Assembly (NCBI GenBank): GCA_964016885.1
Contig: OZ024744.1
Location: forward strand, 122,512,001 to 122,576,000
Direction: 5' to 3'
Origin: Eledone cirrhosa
Lineage: Eukaryota
Length of the DNA: 64,000 nucleotides
Of the stretch, positions 25,001 to 40,400 are shown one piece after another (positions within the stretch are counted from its first letter, which is position 1; each line of letters starts with the position of its first letter). The position numbers were made by a program, and so were the translations under genes. Under the pieces are notes generated by a model. The model made no database searches. It had not been told where the DNA came from and saw only the letters and a program-made list of their open reading frames with translations.

Positions 25001-25975
25001 CACTTAACACCAATGACACTAAGACAGACTTTAACCATGTGATGGACTGTTGTCCTGTCCAGGGGGAAGTCTTGTACTCTGTCATTTAACACCAATGACA
25101 CTAAGTAAGACTTTAACCTTGTAATGGACTGGTGTCCTGTCCAGGGGGAAGTCTTGTACTCTCAGCCACTTAACACTAATGACACTAAGACAGACTTTAA
25201 TCTTGTGATGGACTGGTGTCCTGTCCAGGGGGAAGTATTGTACTCTGTCACTTAACACCAATGACACTAAGACAGACTTTAACCATGTGATGGACTGGTG
25301 TCCTGTCCAGGGGGAAGTCTTGTACACTGTCACTTAACACCAATGACACTAAGACAGACTTTAACCATGTGATGGACTGGTGTCCTGTCCAGGGGGAAGT
25401 CTTGTACTCTGTCACTTAACCCCAATGACACTAAGACAGACTTTAGCCATGTGATGGACTGTTGTCCTGTCCAGGGGGAAGTCTTGTACTCTGTCATTTA
25501 ACACCAATGACACTAAGTAAGACTTTAACCTTGTAATGGACTGGTGTCCTGTCCAGGGGGAAGTCTTGTACTCTCAGCCACTTAACACTAATGACACTAA
25601 GACAGACTTTAACCTTGTGATGGACTGGTGTCCTGTCCAGGGGGAAGTATTGTACTCTCAGTCACTTAACACCAATGACACTAAGACAGACTTTAACCAT
25701 GTGATGGACTGGTGTCCTGTCCAGGGGAAGTCTTGTACTCTCAGTCACTTAACACCAATGACACTAAGACAGACTATAACCATGTGATGGATTGGTGACC
25801 TGTCCAGGGACAAGTCTTGTACTCTGTCACTGAACACCAATGACACTAAGACAGACTTTAACCTTTTGATGGACTGGTGTTCTGTCTAGGAGACGTCTTG
25901 TACTCTCAGTCACTTAACACCAATGACACTAAGACAGGCTCTAAAGATGTGATGGACTGGTGTCCTGTCCAGGGG
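22005..25975 (+). repeat. Tandem duplication, period 1980 bp (about 24 monomers)
   Basis: Pairs 22482/24462, 22693/24673, 23102/25082 and 23556/25536. Marker AGGGGAAAGT at 22011 and 23991. Confidence 0.93.
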
Positions 25976-28900
25976 GAAGTCTTGTACTCTGTCACTTAAC
26001 ACTAATGACACTAAGACAGACTTTAACCTTGTGATGGACTGGTGTCCTGTCCCGGGGGAAGTATTGTACTCTCAGTCACTTAACCCCAATGATACTAAGA
26101 CAGACTTTATCCTTGTGATAGACTGGTGTCCTGTCCAGGGGGAAGTATTGTACTCTGTCACTTAACACCAATGACACTAAGATAGACTGTAACCTTGTGA
26201 TGGACTGGTGTCCTGTCCAGGGGGAAGTCTTGTACTCTGTCACTTAACACTAATGACACTAAGATAGACTTTAACCTTGTGATGGACTGGTGTCCTGTCC
26301 AGGGGCAAGTCTTGTACTCTTTCACTTAACACTAATGACATTAAGACAGACTTTAACATTGTGATGGACTGGTGTCCTGTCCCGGGGGAAGTATTGTACT
26401 CTCAGTCACTTAACACCAATGACAATAAGACAGACGTTAACCATGTGATGGACTGGCGTCCTGTCCAGGAGGAATTCTTGTACTCTGTCACTTAACACCA
26501 ATGACACTAAGACAGACTTTAACCTTGTGATGGACTGGTGTCCTGTCCAATGGGAAGTATTGTACTCTGTCACTTAACACCAATGACACTAAGACAGAGT
26601 TTAACCATGTGATGGACTGGTGTACTGTCCAGGGGGAAGTCTTGTACTGTATCACTTAACACCAATGACACTAAGACAGACTTTAACCTTGTGATGCACT
26701 GGTGTCCTGTCCAGGGGGAAGTTTTGTAATCTGTCACTTAACACCAATGACACTAAGACAGACATTATCCATGTGATGCACTGGTGTCCTGTCCAGGGGG
26801 AAGTCTTGTACTCTCAGCCACTTAACACTAATGACACTAAGACAGACTTTAAACTTGTGATGGACTGGTGTCCTGTCCAGTGGGAAGTATTGTACTCTCA
26901 GTCACTTAACACCAATGACACTAAGATAGACTTTAACCATGTAATGGACTGGTGTCCTGTCCAGGGGGAAGTCTTGTACTCTGTCACTTAACACCAATGA
27001 CACTAAGACAGACTTTAACCATGTGATGGACTGGTGTCCTGTCCAGGGGGAAGTCTTGTACTCTGTCACTTAACACCATGACACTAAGACAGACTTTAGC
27101 CTTGTGATGCACTGGTGTCCTGTCCAGGGACAGGTCTTGTACTCTGTCACTTAACACCAATGACACTAAGACAGGCTCTAAAGATGTGATGGACTGGTGT
27201 CCTGTCCAGGGGGAAGTCTTGTACTCTGTCACTTAACCCCAATGACACTAAGACAGACTTTAACCATGTGATGGACTGGTGTCCTGTCCAGGGGGAAGTC
27301 TTGTACTCTGTCACTTAACACCAATGACACTAAGACAGACTTTAACCATGTGATGGACTGTTGTCCTGTCCAGGGGGAAGTCTTGTACTCTGTCATTTAA
27401 CACCAATGACACTAAGTAAGACTTTAACCTTGTAATGGACTGGTGTCCTGTCCAGGGGGAAGTCTTGTACTCTCAGCCACTTAACACTAATGACACTAAG
27501 ACAGACTTTAATCTTGTGATGGACTGGTGTCCTGTCCAGGGGGAAGTATTGTACTCTGTCACTTAACACCAATGACACTAAGACAGACTTTAACCATGTG
27601 ATGGACTGGTGTCCTGTCCAGGGGGAAGTCTTGTACTCTGTCACTTAAAACCAATGACACTAAGACAGACTTTAACCATGTGATGGACTGGTGTCCTGTC
27701 CAGGGGGAAGTCTTGTACTCTGTCACTTAACCCCAATGACACTAAGACAGACTTTAGCCATGTGATGGACTGTTGTCCTGTCCAGGGGAAAGTCTTGTAC
27801 TCTGTCATTTAACACCAATGACACTAAGTAAGACTTTAACCTTGTAATGGACTGGTATCCTGTCCAGGGGGAAGTCTTGTACTCTCAGCCACTTAACACT
27901 AATGACACTAAGACAGACTTTAACCTTGTGATGGACTGGTGTCCTGTCCAGGGGGAAGTATTGTACTCTCAGTCACTTAACACCAATGACACTAAGACAG
28001 ACTTTAACCATGTGATGGACTGGTGTCCTGTCCAGGGGAAGTCTTGTACTCTCAGTCACTTAACACCAATGACACTAAGACAGACTATAACCATGTGATG
28101 GATTGGTGACCTGTCCAGGGACAAGTCTTGTACTCTGTCACTGAACACCAATGACACTAAGACAGACTTTAACCTTTTGATGGACTGGTGTTCTGTCTAG
28201 GAGAAGTCTTGTACTCTCAGTCACTTAACACCAATGACACTAAGACAGGCTCTAAAGATGTGATGGACTGGTGTCCTGTCCAGGGGAAAGTCTTGTACTC
28301 TGTCACTTAACACCAATGACACTAAGACAGACTTTATCCATGTGATGCACTGGTGTCCTGTCCAGGAGAAGTCTTGTACTCTGTCACTTAACACCAATGA
28401 CACTAAGACAGACTTTAACCATGTGATGGACTGGTGTCCTGTCCAGGGGCAAGTCTTGTACTCTCCGTCACTTAACACGAATGACACGAAGACAGACTTT
28501 ATCCATGTGATGCACTGGTGTCCTGTCCAGGGAGAAGTCTTGTACTCTGTCACTTAACACCAATGACACTAAGACAGACTTTAACCTTGTGATGCACTGG
28601 TGTCCTGTCGAGGGGGAAGTCTTGTACTCTGTCACTTAACACCAATGACACTAAGACAGACTTTAACCTTGTGATGCACTGGTGTCCTGTCCAGGGGGAA
28701 GTTTTGTAATCTGTCACTTAACACCAATGACACTAAGACAGACATTATCCATGTGATGCACTGGTGTCCTGTCCAGGGGGAAGTCTTGTACTCTCAGCCA
28801 CTTAACACTAATGACACTAAGACAGACTTTAAACTTGTGATGGACTGGTGTCCTGTCCAGTGGGAAGTATTGTACTCTCAGTCACTTAACACCAATGACA

Positions 28901-31140
28901 CTAAGATAGACTTTAACCATGTAATGGACTGGTGTCCTGTCCAGGGGGAAGTCTTGTACTCTGTCACTTAACACCAATGACACTAAGACAGACTTTAACC
29001 ATGTGATGGACTGGTGTCCTGTCCAGGGGGAAGTCTTGTACTCTGTCACTTAACACCATGACACTAAGACAGACTTTAGCCTTGTGATGCACTGGTGTCC
29101 TGTCCAGGGACAGGTCTTGTACTCTGTCACTTAACACCAATGACACTAAGACAGGCTCTAAAGATGTGATGGACTGGTGTCCTGTCCAGGAGGAAGTCTT
29201 GTACTCTGTCACTTAACCCCAATGACACTAAGACAGACTTTAACCATGTGATGGACTGGTGTCCTGTCCAGGGGGAAGTCTTGTACTCTGTCACTTAACA
29301 CCAATGACACTAAGACAGACTTTAACCATGTGATGGACTGTTGTCCTGTCCAGGGGGAAGTCTTGTACTCTGTCATTTAACACCAATGACACTAAGTAAG
29401 ACTTTAACCTTGTAATGGACTGGTGTCCTGTCCAGGGGGAAGTCTTGTACTCTCAGCCACTTAACACTAATGACACTAAGACAGACTTTAATCTTGTGAT
29501 GGACTGGTGTCCTGTCCAGGGGGAAGTATTGTACTCTGTCACTTAACACCAATGACACTAAGACAGACTTTAACCATGTGATGGACTGGTGTCCTGTCCA
29601 GGGGGAAGTCTTGTACACTGTCACTTAACACCAATGACACTAAGACAGACTTTAACCATGTGATGGACTGGTGTCCTGTCCAGGGGGAAGTCTTGTACTC
29701 TGTCACTTAACCCCAATGACACTAAGACAGACTTTAGCCATGTGATGGACTGTTGTCCTGTCCAGGGGGAAGTCTTGTACTCTGTCATTTAACACCAATG
29801 ACACTAAGTAAGACTTTAACCTTGTAATGGACTGGTGTCCTGTCCAGGGGGAAGTCTTGTACTCTCAGCCACTTAACACTAATGACACTAAGACAGACTT
29901 TAACCTTGTGATGGACTGGTGTCCTGTCCAGGGGGAAGTATTGTACTCTCAGTCACTTAACACCAATGACACTAAGACAGACTTTAACCATGTGATGGAC
30001 TGGTGTCCTGTCCAGGGGAAGTCTTGTACTCTCAGTCACTTAACACCAATGACACTAAGACAGACTATAACCATGTGATGGATTGGTGACCTGTCCAGGG
30101 ACAAGTCTTGTACTCTGTCACTGAACACCAATGACACTAAGACAGACTTTAACCTTTTGATGGACTGGTGTTCTGTCTAGGAGACGTCTTGTACTCTCAG
30201 TCACTTAACACCAATGACACTAAGACAGGCTCTAAAGATGTGATGGACTGGTGTCCTGTCCAGGGGGAAGTCTTGTACTCTGTCACTTAACACTAATGAC
30301 ACTAAGACAGACTTTAACCTTGTGATGGACTGGTGTCCTGTCCCGGGGGAAGTATTGTACTCTCAGTCACTTAACCCCAATGATACTAAGACAGACTTTA
30401 TCCTTGTGATAGACTGGTGTCCTGTCCAGGGGGAAGTATTGTACTCTGTCACTTAACACCAATGACACTAAGATAGACTGTAACCTTGTGATGGACTGGT
30501 GTCCTGTCCAGGGGGAAGTCTTGTACTCTGTCACTTAACACTAATGACACTAAGATAGACTTTAACCTTGTGATGGACTGGTGTCCTGTCCAGGGGCAAG
30601 TCTTGTACTCTTTCACTTAACACTAATGACATTAAGACAGACTTTAACATTGTGATGGACTGGTGTCCTGTCCCGGGGGAAGTATTGTACTCTCAGTCAC
30701 TTAACACCAATGACAATAAGACAGACGTTAACCATGTGATGGACTGGCGTCCTGTCCAGGAGGAATTCTTGTACTCTGTCACTTAACACCAATGACACTA
30801 AGACAGACTTTAACCTTGTGATGGACTGGTGTCCTGTCCAATGGGAAGTATTGTACTCTGTCACTTAACACCAATGACACTAAGACAGAGTTTAACCATG
30901 TGATGGACTGGTGTACTGTCCAGGGGGAAGTCTTGTACTGTATCACTTAACACCAATGACACTAAGACAGACTTTAACCTTGTGATGCACTGGTGTCCTG
31001 TCCAGGGGGAAGTTTTGTAATCTGTCACTTAACACCAATGACACTAAGACAGACATTATCCATGTGATGCACTGGTGTCCTGTCCAGGGGGAAGTCTTGT
31101 ACTCTCAGCCACTTAACACTAATGACACTAAGACAGACTT
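22360..31140 (+). repeat. Tandem duplication, period 4291 bp (about 52 monomers), containing most of the 1980-bp duplication
   Basis: Pairs 22482/26773, 23556/27847, 24673/28964 and 25536/29827. GAATTC at 26472 and 30763. Confidence 0.95.
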
Positions 31141-34100
31141 TAACCTTGTGATGGACTGGTGTCCTGTCCAGGGGGAAGTATTGTACTCTCAGTCACTTAA
31201 CACCAATGACACTAAGACAGACTTTAACCATGTGATGGACTGGTGTCCTGTCCAGGGGAAGTCTTGTACTCTCAGTCACTTAACACCAATGACACTAAGA
31301 CAGACTATAACCATGTGATGGATTGGTGACCTGTCCAGGGACAAGTCTTGTACTCTGTCACTGAACACCAATGACACTAAGACAGACTTTAACCTTTTGA
31401 TGGACTGGTGTTCTGTCTAGGAGAAGTCTTGTACTCTCAGTCACTTAACACCAATGACACTAAGACAGGCTCTAAAGATGTGATGGACTGGTGTCCTGTC
31501 CAGGGGAAAGTCTTGTACTCTGTCACTTAACACCAATGACACTAAGACAGACTTTAACCATGTGATGGACTGGTGTCCTGTCCAGGGGCAAGTCTTGTAC
31601 TCTCCGTCACTTAACACGAATGACACGAAGACAGACTTTATCCATGTGATGCACTGGTGTCCTGTCCAGGAGAAGTCTTGTACTCTGTCACTTAACACCA
31701 ATGACACTAAGACAGACTTTAACCATGTGATGGACTGGTGTCCTGTCCAGGGGCAAGTCTTGTACTCTCCGTCACTTAACACGAATGACACGAAGACAGA
31801 CTTTATCCATGTGATGCACTGGTGTCCTGTCCAGGGAGAAGTCTTGTACTCTGTCACTTAACACCAATGACACTAAGACAGACTTTAACCTTGTGATGCA
31901 CTGGTGTCCTGTCGAGGGGGAAGTCTTGTACTCTGTCACTTAACACCAATGACACTAAGACAGACTTTAACCTTGTGATGCACTGGTGTCCTGTCCAGGG
32001 GGAAGTTTTGTAATCTGTCACTTAACACCAATGACACTAAGACAGACATTATCCATGTGATGCACTGGTGTCCTGTCCAGGGGGAAGTCTTGTACTCTCA
32101 GCCACTTAACACTAATGACACTAAGACAGACTTTAAACTTGTGATGGACTGGTGTCCTGTCCAGTGGGAAGTATTGTACTCTCAGTCACTTAACACCAAT
32201 GACACTAAGATAGACTTTAACCATGTAATGGACTGGTGTCCTGTCCAGGGGGAAGTCTTGTACTCTGTCACTTAACACCAATGACACTAAGACAGACTTT
32301 AACCATGTGATGGACTGGTGTCCTGTCCAGGGGGAAGTCTTGTACTCTGTCACTTAACACCATGACACTAAGACAGACTTTAGCCTTGTGATGCACTGGT
32401 GTCCTGTCCAGGGACAGGTCTTGTACTCTGTCACTTAACACCAATGACACTAAGACAGGCTCTAAAGATGTGATGGACTGGTGTCCTGTCCAGGGGGAAG
32501 TCTTGTACTCTGTCACTTAACCCCAATGACACTAAGACAGACTTTAACCATGTGATGGACTGGTGTCCTGTCCAGGGGGAAGTCTTGTACTCTGTCACTT
32601 AACACCAATGACACTAAGACAGACTTTAACCATGTGATGGACTGTTGTCCTGTCCAGGGGGAAGTCTTGTACTCTGTCATTTAACACCAATGACACTAAG
32701 TAAGACTTTAACCTTGTAATGGACTGGTGTCCTGTCCAGGGGGAAGTCTTGTACTCTCAGCCACTTAACACTAATGACACTAAGACAGACTTTAATCTTG
32801 TGATGGACTGGTGTCCTGTCCAGGGGGAAGTATTGTACTCTGTCACTTAACACCAATGACACTAAGACAGACTTTAACCATGTGATGGACTGGTGTCCTG
32901 TCCAGGGGGAAGTCTTGTACACTGTCACTTAACACCAATGACACTAAGACAGACTTTAACCATGTGATGGACTGGTGTCCTGTCCAGGGGGAAGTCTTGT
33001 ACTCTGTCACTTAACCCCAATGACACTAAGACAGACTTTAGCCATGTGATGGACTGTTGTCCTGTCCAGGGGGAAGTCTTGTACTCTGTCATTTAACACC
33101 AATGACACTAAGTAAGACTTTAACCTTGTAATGGACTGGTGTCCTGTCCAGGGGGAAGTCTTGTACTCTCAGCCACTTAACACTAATGACACTAAGACAG
33201 ACTTTAACCTTGTGATGGACTGGTGTCCTGTCCAGGGGGAAGTATTGTACTCTCAGTCACTTAACACCAATGACACTAAGACAGACTTTAACCATGTGAT
33301 GGACTGGTGTCCTGTCCAGGGGAAGTCTTGTACTCTCAGTCACTTAACACCAATGACACTAAGACAGACTATAACCATGTGATGGATTGGTGACCTGTCC
33401 AGGGACAAGTCTTGTACTCTGTCACTGAACACCAATGACACTAAGACAGACTTTAACCTTTTGATGGACTGGTGTTCTGTCTAGGAGACGTCTTGTACTC
33501 TCAGTCACTTAACACCAATGACACTAAGACAGGCTCTAAAGATGTGATGGACTGGTGTCCTGTCCAGGGGGAAGTCTTGTACTCTGTCACTTAACACTAA
33601 TGACACTAAGACAGACTTTAACCTTGTGATGGACTGGTGTCCTGTCCCGGGGGAAGTATTGTACTCTCAGTCACTTAACCCCAATGATACTAAGACAGAC
33701 TTTATCCTTGTGATAGACTGGTGTCCTGTCCAGGGGGAAGTATTGTACTCTGTCACTTAACACCAATGACACTAAGATAGACTGTAACCTTGTGATGGAC
33801 TGGTGTCCTGTCCAGGGGGAAGTCTTGTACTCTGTCACTTAACACTAATGACACTAAGATAGACTTTAACCTTGTGATGGACTGGTGTCCTGTCCAGGGG
33901 CAAGTCTTGTACTCTTTCACTTAACACTAATGACATTAAGACAGACTTTAACATTGTGATGGACTGGTGTCCTGTCCCGGGGGAAGTATTGTACTCTCAG
34001 TCACTTAACACCAATGACAATAAGACAGACGTTAACCATGTGATGGACTGGCGTCCTGTCCAGGAGGAATTCTTGTACTCTGTCACTTAACACCAATGAC

Positions 34101-34445
34101 ACTAAGACAGACTTTAACCTTGTGATGGACTGGTGTCCTGTCCAATGGGAAGTATTGTACTCTGTCACTTAACACCAATGACACTAAGACAGAGTTTAAC
34201 CATGTGATGGACTGGTGTACTGTCCAGGGGGAAGTCTTGTACTGTATCACTTAACACCAATGACACTAAGACAGACTTTAACCTTGTGATGCACTGGTGT
34301 CCTGTCCAGGGGGAAGTTTTGTAATCTGTCACTTAACACCAATGACACTAAGACAGACATTATCCATGTGATGCACTGGTGTCCTGTCCAGGGGGAAGTC
34401 TTGTACTCTCAGCCACTTAACACTAATGACACTAAGACAGACTTT
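28325..34445 (+). repeat. Duplication at offset 3304 bp (about 40 monomers)
   Basis: Pairs 28753/32057, 29373/32677 and 29827/33131. GAATTC at 30763 and 34067. Confidence 0.92.
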
Positions 34446-37400
34446 AAACTTGTGATGTACTGGTGTCCTGTCCAGTGGGAAGTATTGTACTCTCAGTCAC
34501 TTAACACCGATGACACTAAGATAGACTTTAACCATGTAATGGACTGGTGTCCTTTCCAGGGACAAGTCTTGTACTCTGTCACTTAACACCATGACACTAA
34601 GACAGACTTTAGCCTTGTGATGCACTGGTGTCCTGTCCAGGGACAGGTCTTGTAGTCTGTCACTTAACACCAATGACACTAAGACAGGCTCTAAAGATGT
34701 GATGGACTGGTGTCCTGTCCAGGGGGAAGTCTTGTACTCTGTCACTTAACCCCAATGACACTAAGACAGACTTTAACCATATGATGGACTGGTTTCCTGT
34801 CCAGGGGGAAGTCTTGTTCTCTGTCACTTAACCCCAATGACACTAAGACAGACTTTAACCATGTGATGGACTGTTGTCCTGTCCAGGGGGAAGTCTTGTA
34901 CTCTGTCACTTAACACCAATGACACTAAGTCAGACTTTAACCTTGTAATGGACTGGCGTCCTGTCCAGGGGGAAGTCTTGTACTCTCAGCCACTTAACAC
35001 TAATGACACTAAGACAGACTTTAACCTTGTGATGGACTGGTGTCCTGTCCAGGGGGAAGTATTGTACTCTCAGTCACTTAACACCAATGACACTAAGACA
35101 GACTTTAACCATGTGATGGACTGGTGTCCTGTCCAGGAGAAGTCTTGTACTCTCAGTCACTTAACACCAATGACACTAAGATAGACTGTAACCTTGTGAT
35201 GGACTGGTGTCCTGTCCAGGGGGAAGTCTTGTACTCTGTCACTTAACACCAATGACACTAAGATGGACTGGTGTCCTGTCCAGGGGGAAGTCTTGTACTC
35301 TGTCACTTAACACTAATGACACTAAGATAGACTTTAACCTTGTGATGGACTGGTGTCCTGTCCAGGGGCAAGTCTTGTACTCTTTCACTTAACACTAATG
35401 ACATTAAGACAGACTTTAACATTGTGATGGACTGGTGTCCTGTCCCGGGGGAAGTATTGTACTCTCAGTCACTTAACACCAATGACAATAAGACAGACGT
35501 TAACCATGTGATGGACTGGCGTCCTGTCCAGGAGGAAGTCTTGTACTCTGTCACTTAACACCAATGACACTAAGACAGACTTTAACCTTGAGATGCACTG
35601 GAGCCCTGTCCAGGAGAAGTCTTGTACTCTGTCACTTAACACCAATGACACTAAGACAGACTTTAACCATGTGATGGACTGGTGTCCTGTCCAGGGGCAA
35701 GTCTTGTACTCACCGTCACTTAACACGAATGACACGAAGACAGACTTTATCCATGTGATGCACTGGTGTCCTGTCGAGGGAGAAGTCTTGTACTCTGTCA
35801 CTTAACACCAATGACACTAAGACAGACTTTAACCTTGTGATGCACTGGTGTCCTGTCCAGGGGGAAGTTTTGTAATCTGTCACTTAACACCAATGACACT
35901 AAGACAGACATTATCCATGTGATGCACTGGTGTCCTGTCCAGGGGGAAGTCTTGTACTCTCAGCCACTTAACACTAATGACACTAAGACAGACTTTAAAC
36001 TTGTGATGGACTGGTGTCCTGTCCAGTGGGAAGTATTGTACTCTCAGTCACTTAACACCAATGACACTAAGATAGACTTTAACCATGTAATGGACTGGTG
36101 TCCTTTCCAGGGACAAGTCTTGTACTCTGTCACTTAACACCATGACACTAAGACAGACTTTAGCCTTGTGATGCACTGGTGTCCTGTCCAGGGACAGGTC
36201 TTGTACTCTGTCACTTAACACCAATGACACTAAGACAGGCTCTAAAGATGTGATGGACTGGTGTCCTGTCCAGGGGGAAGTCTTGTACTCTGTCACTTAA
36301 CCCCAATGACACTAAGACAGACTTTAACCATGTGATGGACTGGTGTCCTGTCCAGGGGGAAGTCTTGTACTCTGTCACTTAACACCAATGACACTAAGAC
36401 AGACTTTAACCATGTGATGGACTGGTGTCCTGTCCAGGGGGAAGTCTTGTACTCTGTCATTTAACACCAATGACACTAAGTAAGACTTTAACCTTGTAAT
36501 GGACTGGTGTCCTGTCCAGGGGGAAGTCTTGTACTCTCAGCCACGTAACACTAATGACACTAAGACAGACTTTAACCTTGTGATGGACTGGTGTCCTGTC
36601 CAGGGGGAAGTATTGTACTCTCAGTCACTTAACACCAATGACACTAAGACAGACTTTAACCATGTGATGGACTGGTGTCCTGTCCAGGGGGAAGTTTTGT
36701 ACTCTGTCACATAACACTAATGACACTAAGACAGACTTTAACCTTGTGATGGACTGGTGTCCTGTCCAGGGGGAAGTATTGTACTCTGTCACTTAACACC
36801 AATGACACTAAGGCAGACTTTAACCATGTGATGGACTGGTGTCCTGTCCAGGGGGAAGTTTTGTACTCTGTCACATAACACTAATGACACTAAGACAGAC
36901 TTTAACCTTGTGATGGACTGGTGTCCTGTCCAGGGGGAAGTATTGTACTCTGTCACTTAACACCAATGACACTAAGACAGACTTTAACCATGTGATGGAC
37001 TGGTGTCCTGTCCAGGGACAAGTCTTGTACTCTGTCACTTAACACCAATGACACTAAGACAAACTCTAAACATGCAATGGACTGGTGTCTTGTCCAGGGG
37101 GAAGTCTTGTACTCTGTCACTTAACACCAATGACACTAAGACAGACTTTAACCTTATGATGCACTGGTGTCCTGTCAAGGAGGAAGTCTTGTACTCTGTC
37201 ACTTAAGACCAATGACACTAAGACAGACTTTAACCTTGAGATGCACTGGAGTCCTGTCCAGGAGAAGTCTTGTACTCTGTCACTTAACACCAATGCCACT
37301 AAGACAGACTTTAACCATGTGATGGACTGGTGTCCTGTCAAGGGCCAAGTCTTGTACTCTGTCACTTAACACGAATGACACGAAGACAGACTTTATTCAT

Positions 37401-40400
37401 GTGATGCACTGGTGTCCTGTCGAGGGAGAAGTCTTGTACTCTGTCACTTAACACCAATGACACTAAGACAGACTTTAACCTTGTGATGCACTGGTGTCCT
37501 GTCCAGGGGGAAGTTTTGTAATCTGTCACTTAACACCAATGACACTAAGACAGACATTATCCATGTGATGCACTGGTGTCCTGTCCAGGGGGAAGTATTG
37601 TATTCTCAGCCACTTAACACTAATGACACTAAGACAGACTCTAAACTTGTGATGGACTGGTGTCCTGTCCAGTGGGAAGTATTGTACTCTCAGTCACTTA
37701 ACACCGATGACACTAAGATAGACTTTAACCATGTAATGGACTGGTGTCCTTTCCAGGGACAAGTCTTGTACTCTGTCACTTAACACCATGACACTAAGAC
37801 AGACTTTAGCCTTGTGATGCACTGGTGTCCTGTCCAGGGACAGGTCTTGTACTCTGTCACTTAACACCAATGACACTAAGACAGGCTCTAAAGATGTGAT
37901 GGACTGGTGTCCTGTCCAGGGGGAAGTCTTGTACTCTGTCACTTAACCCCAATGACACTAAGACAGACTTTAACCATATGATGGACTGGTGTCCTGTCCA
38001 GGGGGAAGTCTTGTACTCTGTCACTTAACACCAATGACACTAAGACAGACTTTAACCATGTGATGGACTGGTGTCCTGTCCAGGGGGAAGTCTTGTACTA
38101 TGTCACTTAACACCAATGACACTAAGACAGACTTTAACCATGTGATGGACTGGTGTCCTGTCCAGGGGGAAGTCTTGTTCTCTGTCACTTAACCCCAATG
38201 ACACTAAGACAGACTTTAACCATGTGATGGACTGTTGTCCTGTCCAGGGGGAAGTCTTGTACTCTGTCACTTAACACCAATGACACTAAGTCAGACTTCA
38301 ACCTTGTAATGGACTGGTGTCCTGTCCAGGGGGAAGTCTTGTACTCTCAGCCACTTAACACTAATGACACTAAGACAGACTTTAACCTTGTGATGGACTG
38401 GTGTCCTGTCCAGGGGGAAGTATTGTACTCTCAGTCACTTAACACCAATGACACTAAGACAGACTATAACCATGTGATGGATTGGTGACCTGTCCAGGGA
38501 CAAGTCTTGTACTCTGTCACTGAACACCAATGACACTAAGACAGACTTTAACCTTTTGATGGACTGGTGTTCTGTCCAGGAGAAGTCTTGTACTCTCAGT
38601 CACTTAACACCAATGACACTAAGACAGGCTCTAAAGATGTGATGGACTGGTGTCCTGTCCAGGGGGAAGTCTTGTACTCTGTCACTTAACACTAATGACA
38701 CTAAGACAGACTTTAACCTTGTGATGGACTGGTGTCCTGTCCCGGGGGAAGTATTGTACTCTCAGTCACTTAACCCCAATGATACTAAGACAGACTTTAA
38801 CCTTGTGATAGACTGGTGTCCTGTCCAGGGGGAAGTCTTGTACTCTGTCACTTAACACTAATGACACTAAGATAGACTTTAACCTTGTGATGGACTGGTG
38901 TCCTGTCCAGGGGCAAGTCTTGTACTCTTTCACTTAACACTAATGACATTAAGACAGACTTTAACATTGTGATGGACTGGTGTCCTGTCCCGGGGGAAGT
39001 ATTGTACTCTCAGTCACTTAACACCAATGACAATAAGACAGACGTTAACCATGTGATGGACTGGCGTCCTGTCCAGGAGGAAGTCTTGTACTCTGTCACT
39101 TAATACCAATGACACTAAGACAGACGTTAACCTTGTGATGGACTGGTGTCCTGTCCAATGGGAAGTATTGTACTCTGTCACTTAACACTAATGACATTAA
39201 GACAGACTTTAACATTGTGATGGACTGGTGTCCTGCCCCAGGGGAAGTATTGTACTCTCAGTCACTTAACACCAATGACACTAAGACAGACTTTATCCAT
39301 GTGATGGACTGGTGTCCTATCCAGGAGAAGTCTTGTACTCTCCGTCACTTAACACCAATGACACTAAGACAGAGTTTAACCATGTGATGGACTGGTGTCC
39401 TGTCCAGGGGGAAGTCTTGTACTGTATCACTTAACACCAATGACACTAAGACAGAGTTTAACCATGTGATGGACTAGTGTCCTGTCCAGGGGGAAGTCTT
39501 GTACTGTATCACTTAACACCAATGACACTAAGACAGACTTTAACTTTGTGATGGATTGGTGTCCTGTCCAGGGACAAGTCTTGTACTCTGTCACTTAACC
39601 CCAATGTAACTAAGACAGACTTTAACCATGTGATGGACTGGCGTCCTGTCAAGGAGGAAGTCTTGTACTCTGTCACTTAACACCAATGACACTAAGACAG
39701 ACTTTAAGCTTGTGATGCACTGGTGTCCTGTCCAGGGGGAAGTATTGTACTCTCAGTCACTTAACACCAATGACACTAAGACAGACTTTACCCATGTGAT
39801 TGACTGGTGTCCTGTCCAGGGGGAAGTCTTGTACTCTGTCACTTAACACCAATGACACTAAGACAGACTTTAACCATGTGATGGACTGGTGTCCTGTCCA
39901 GCGGGAAGTCTTGTACTCTCAGTCACTTAACACCAATGATACTAAGACAGACTTTAAACATGTGATGGATTGGTGTCCTGTCCAGGGGGAAGTCTTGTAC
40001 TCTGTCACGTAACACCAATGACACTAAGACAGACTTTAACAATGTGATGGACTGGTGTCCTGTCCAGGGACAAGTCTTGTACTCTGTCACTTAACACCAA
40101 TGACACTAAGACAAACTCTAAACATGCAATGGACTGGTGTCTTGGCCAGGGGAAAGTCTTGTACTCTGTCACTTAACACCAATGACACTAAGACAGACTT
40201 TATCCATGTGATGCAATGGTGTCCTGTCCAGGAGAAGTCTTGTACTCTGTCACTTAACACCAATGACACTAAGACAGACTTTAACCATGTGATGGACTGG
40301 TGTCCTGTCCAGGGGCAAGTCTTGTACTCTCCGTCACTTAACACGAATGACACGAAGACAGACTTTATCCATGTGATGCACTGGTGTCCTGTCCAGGGAG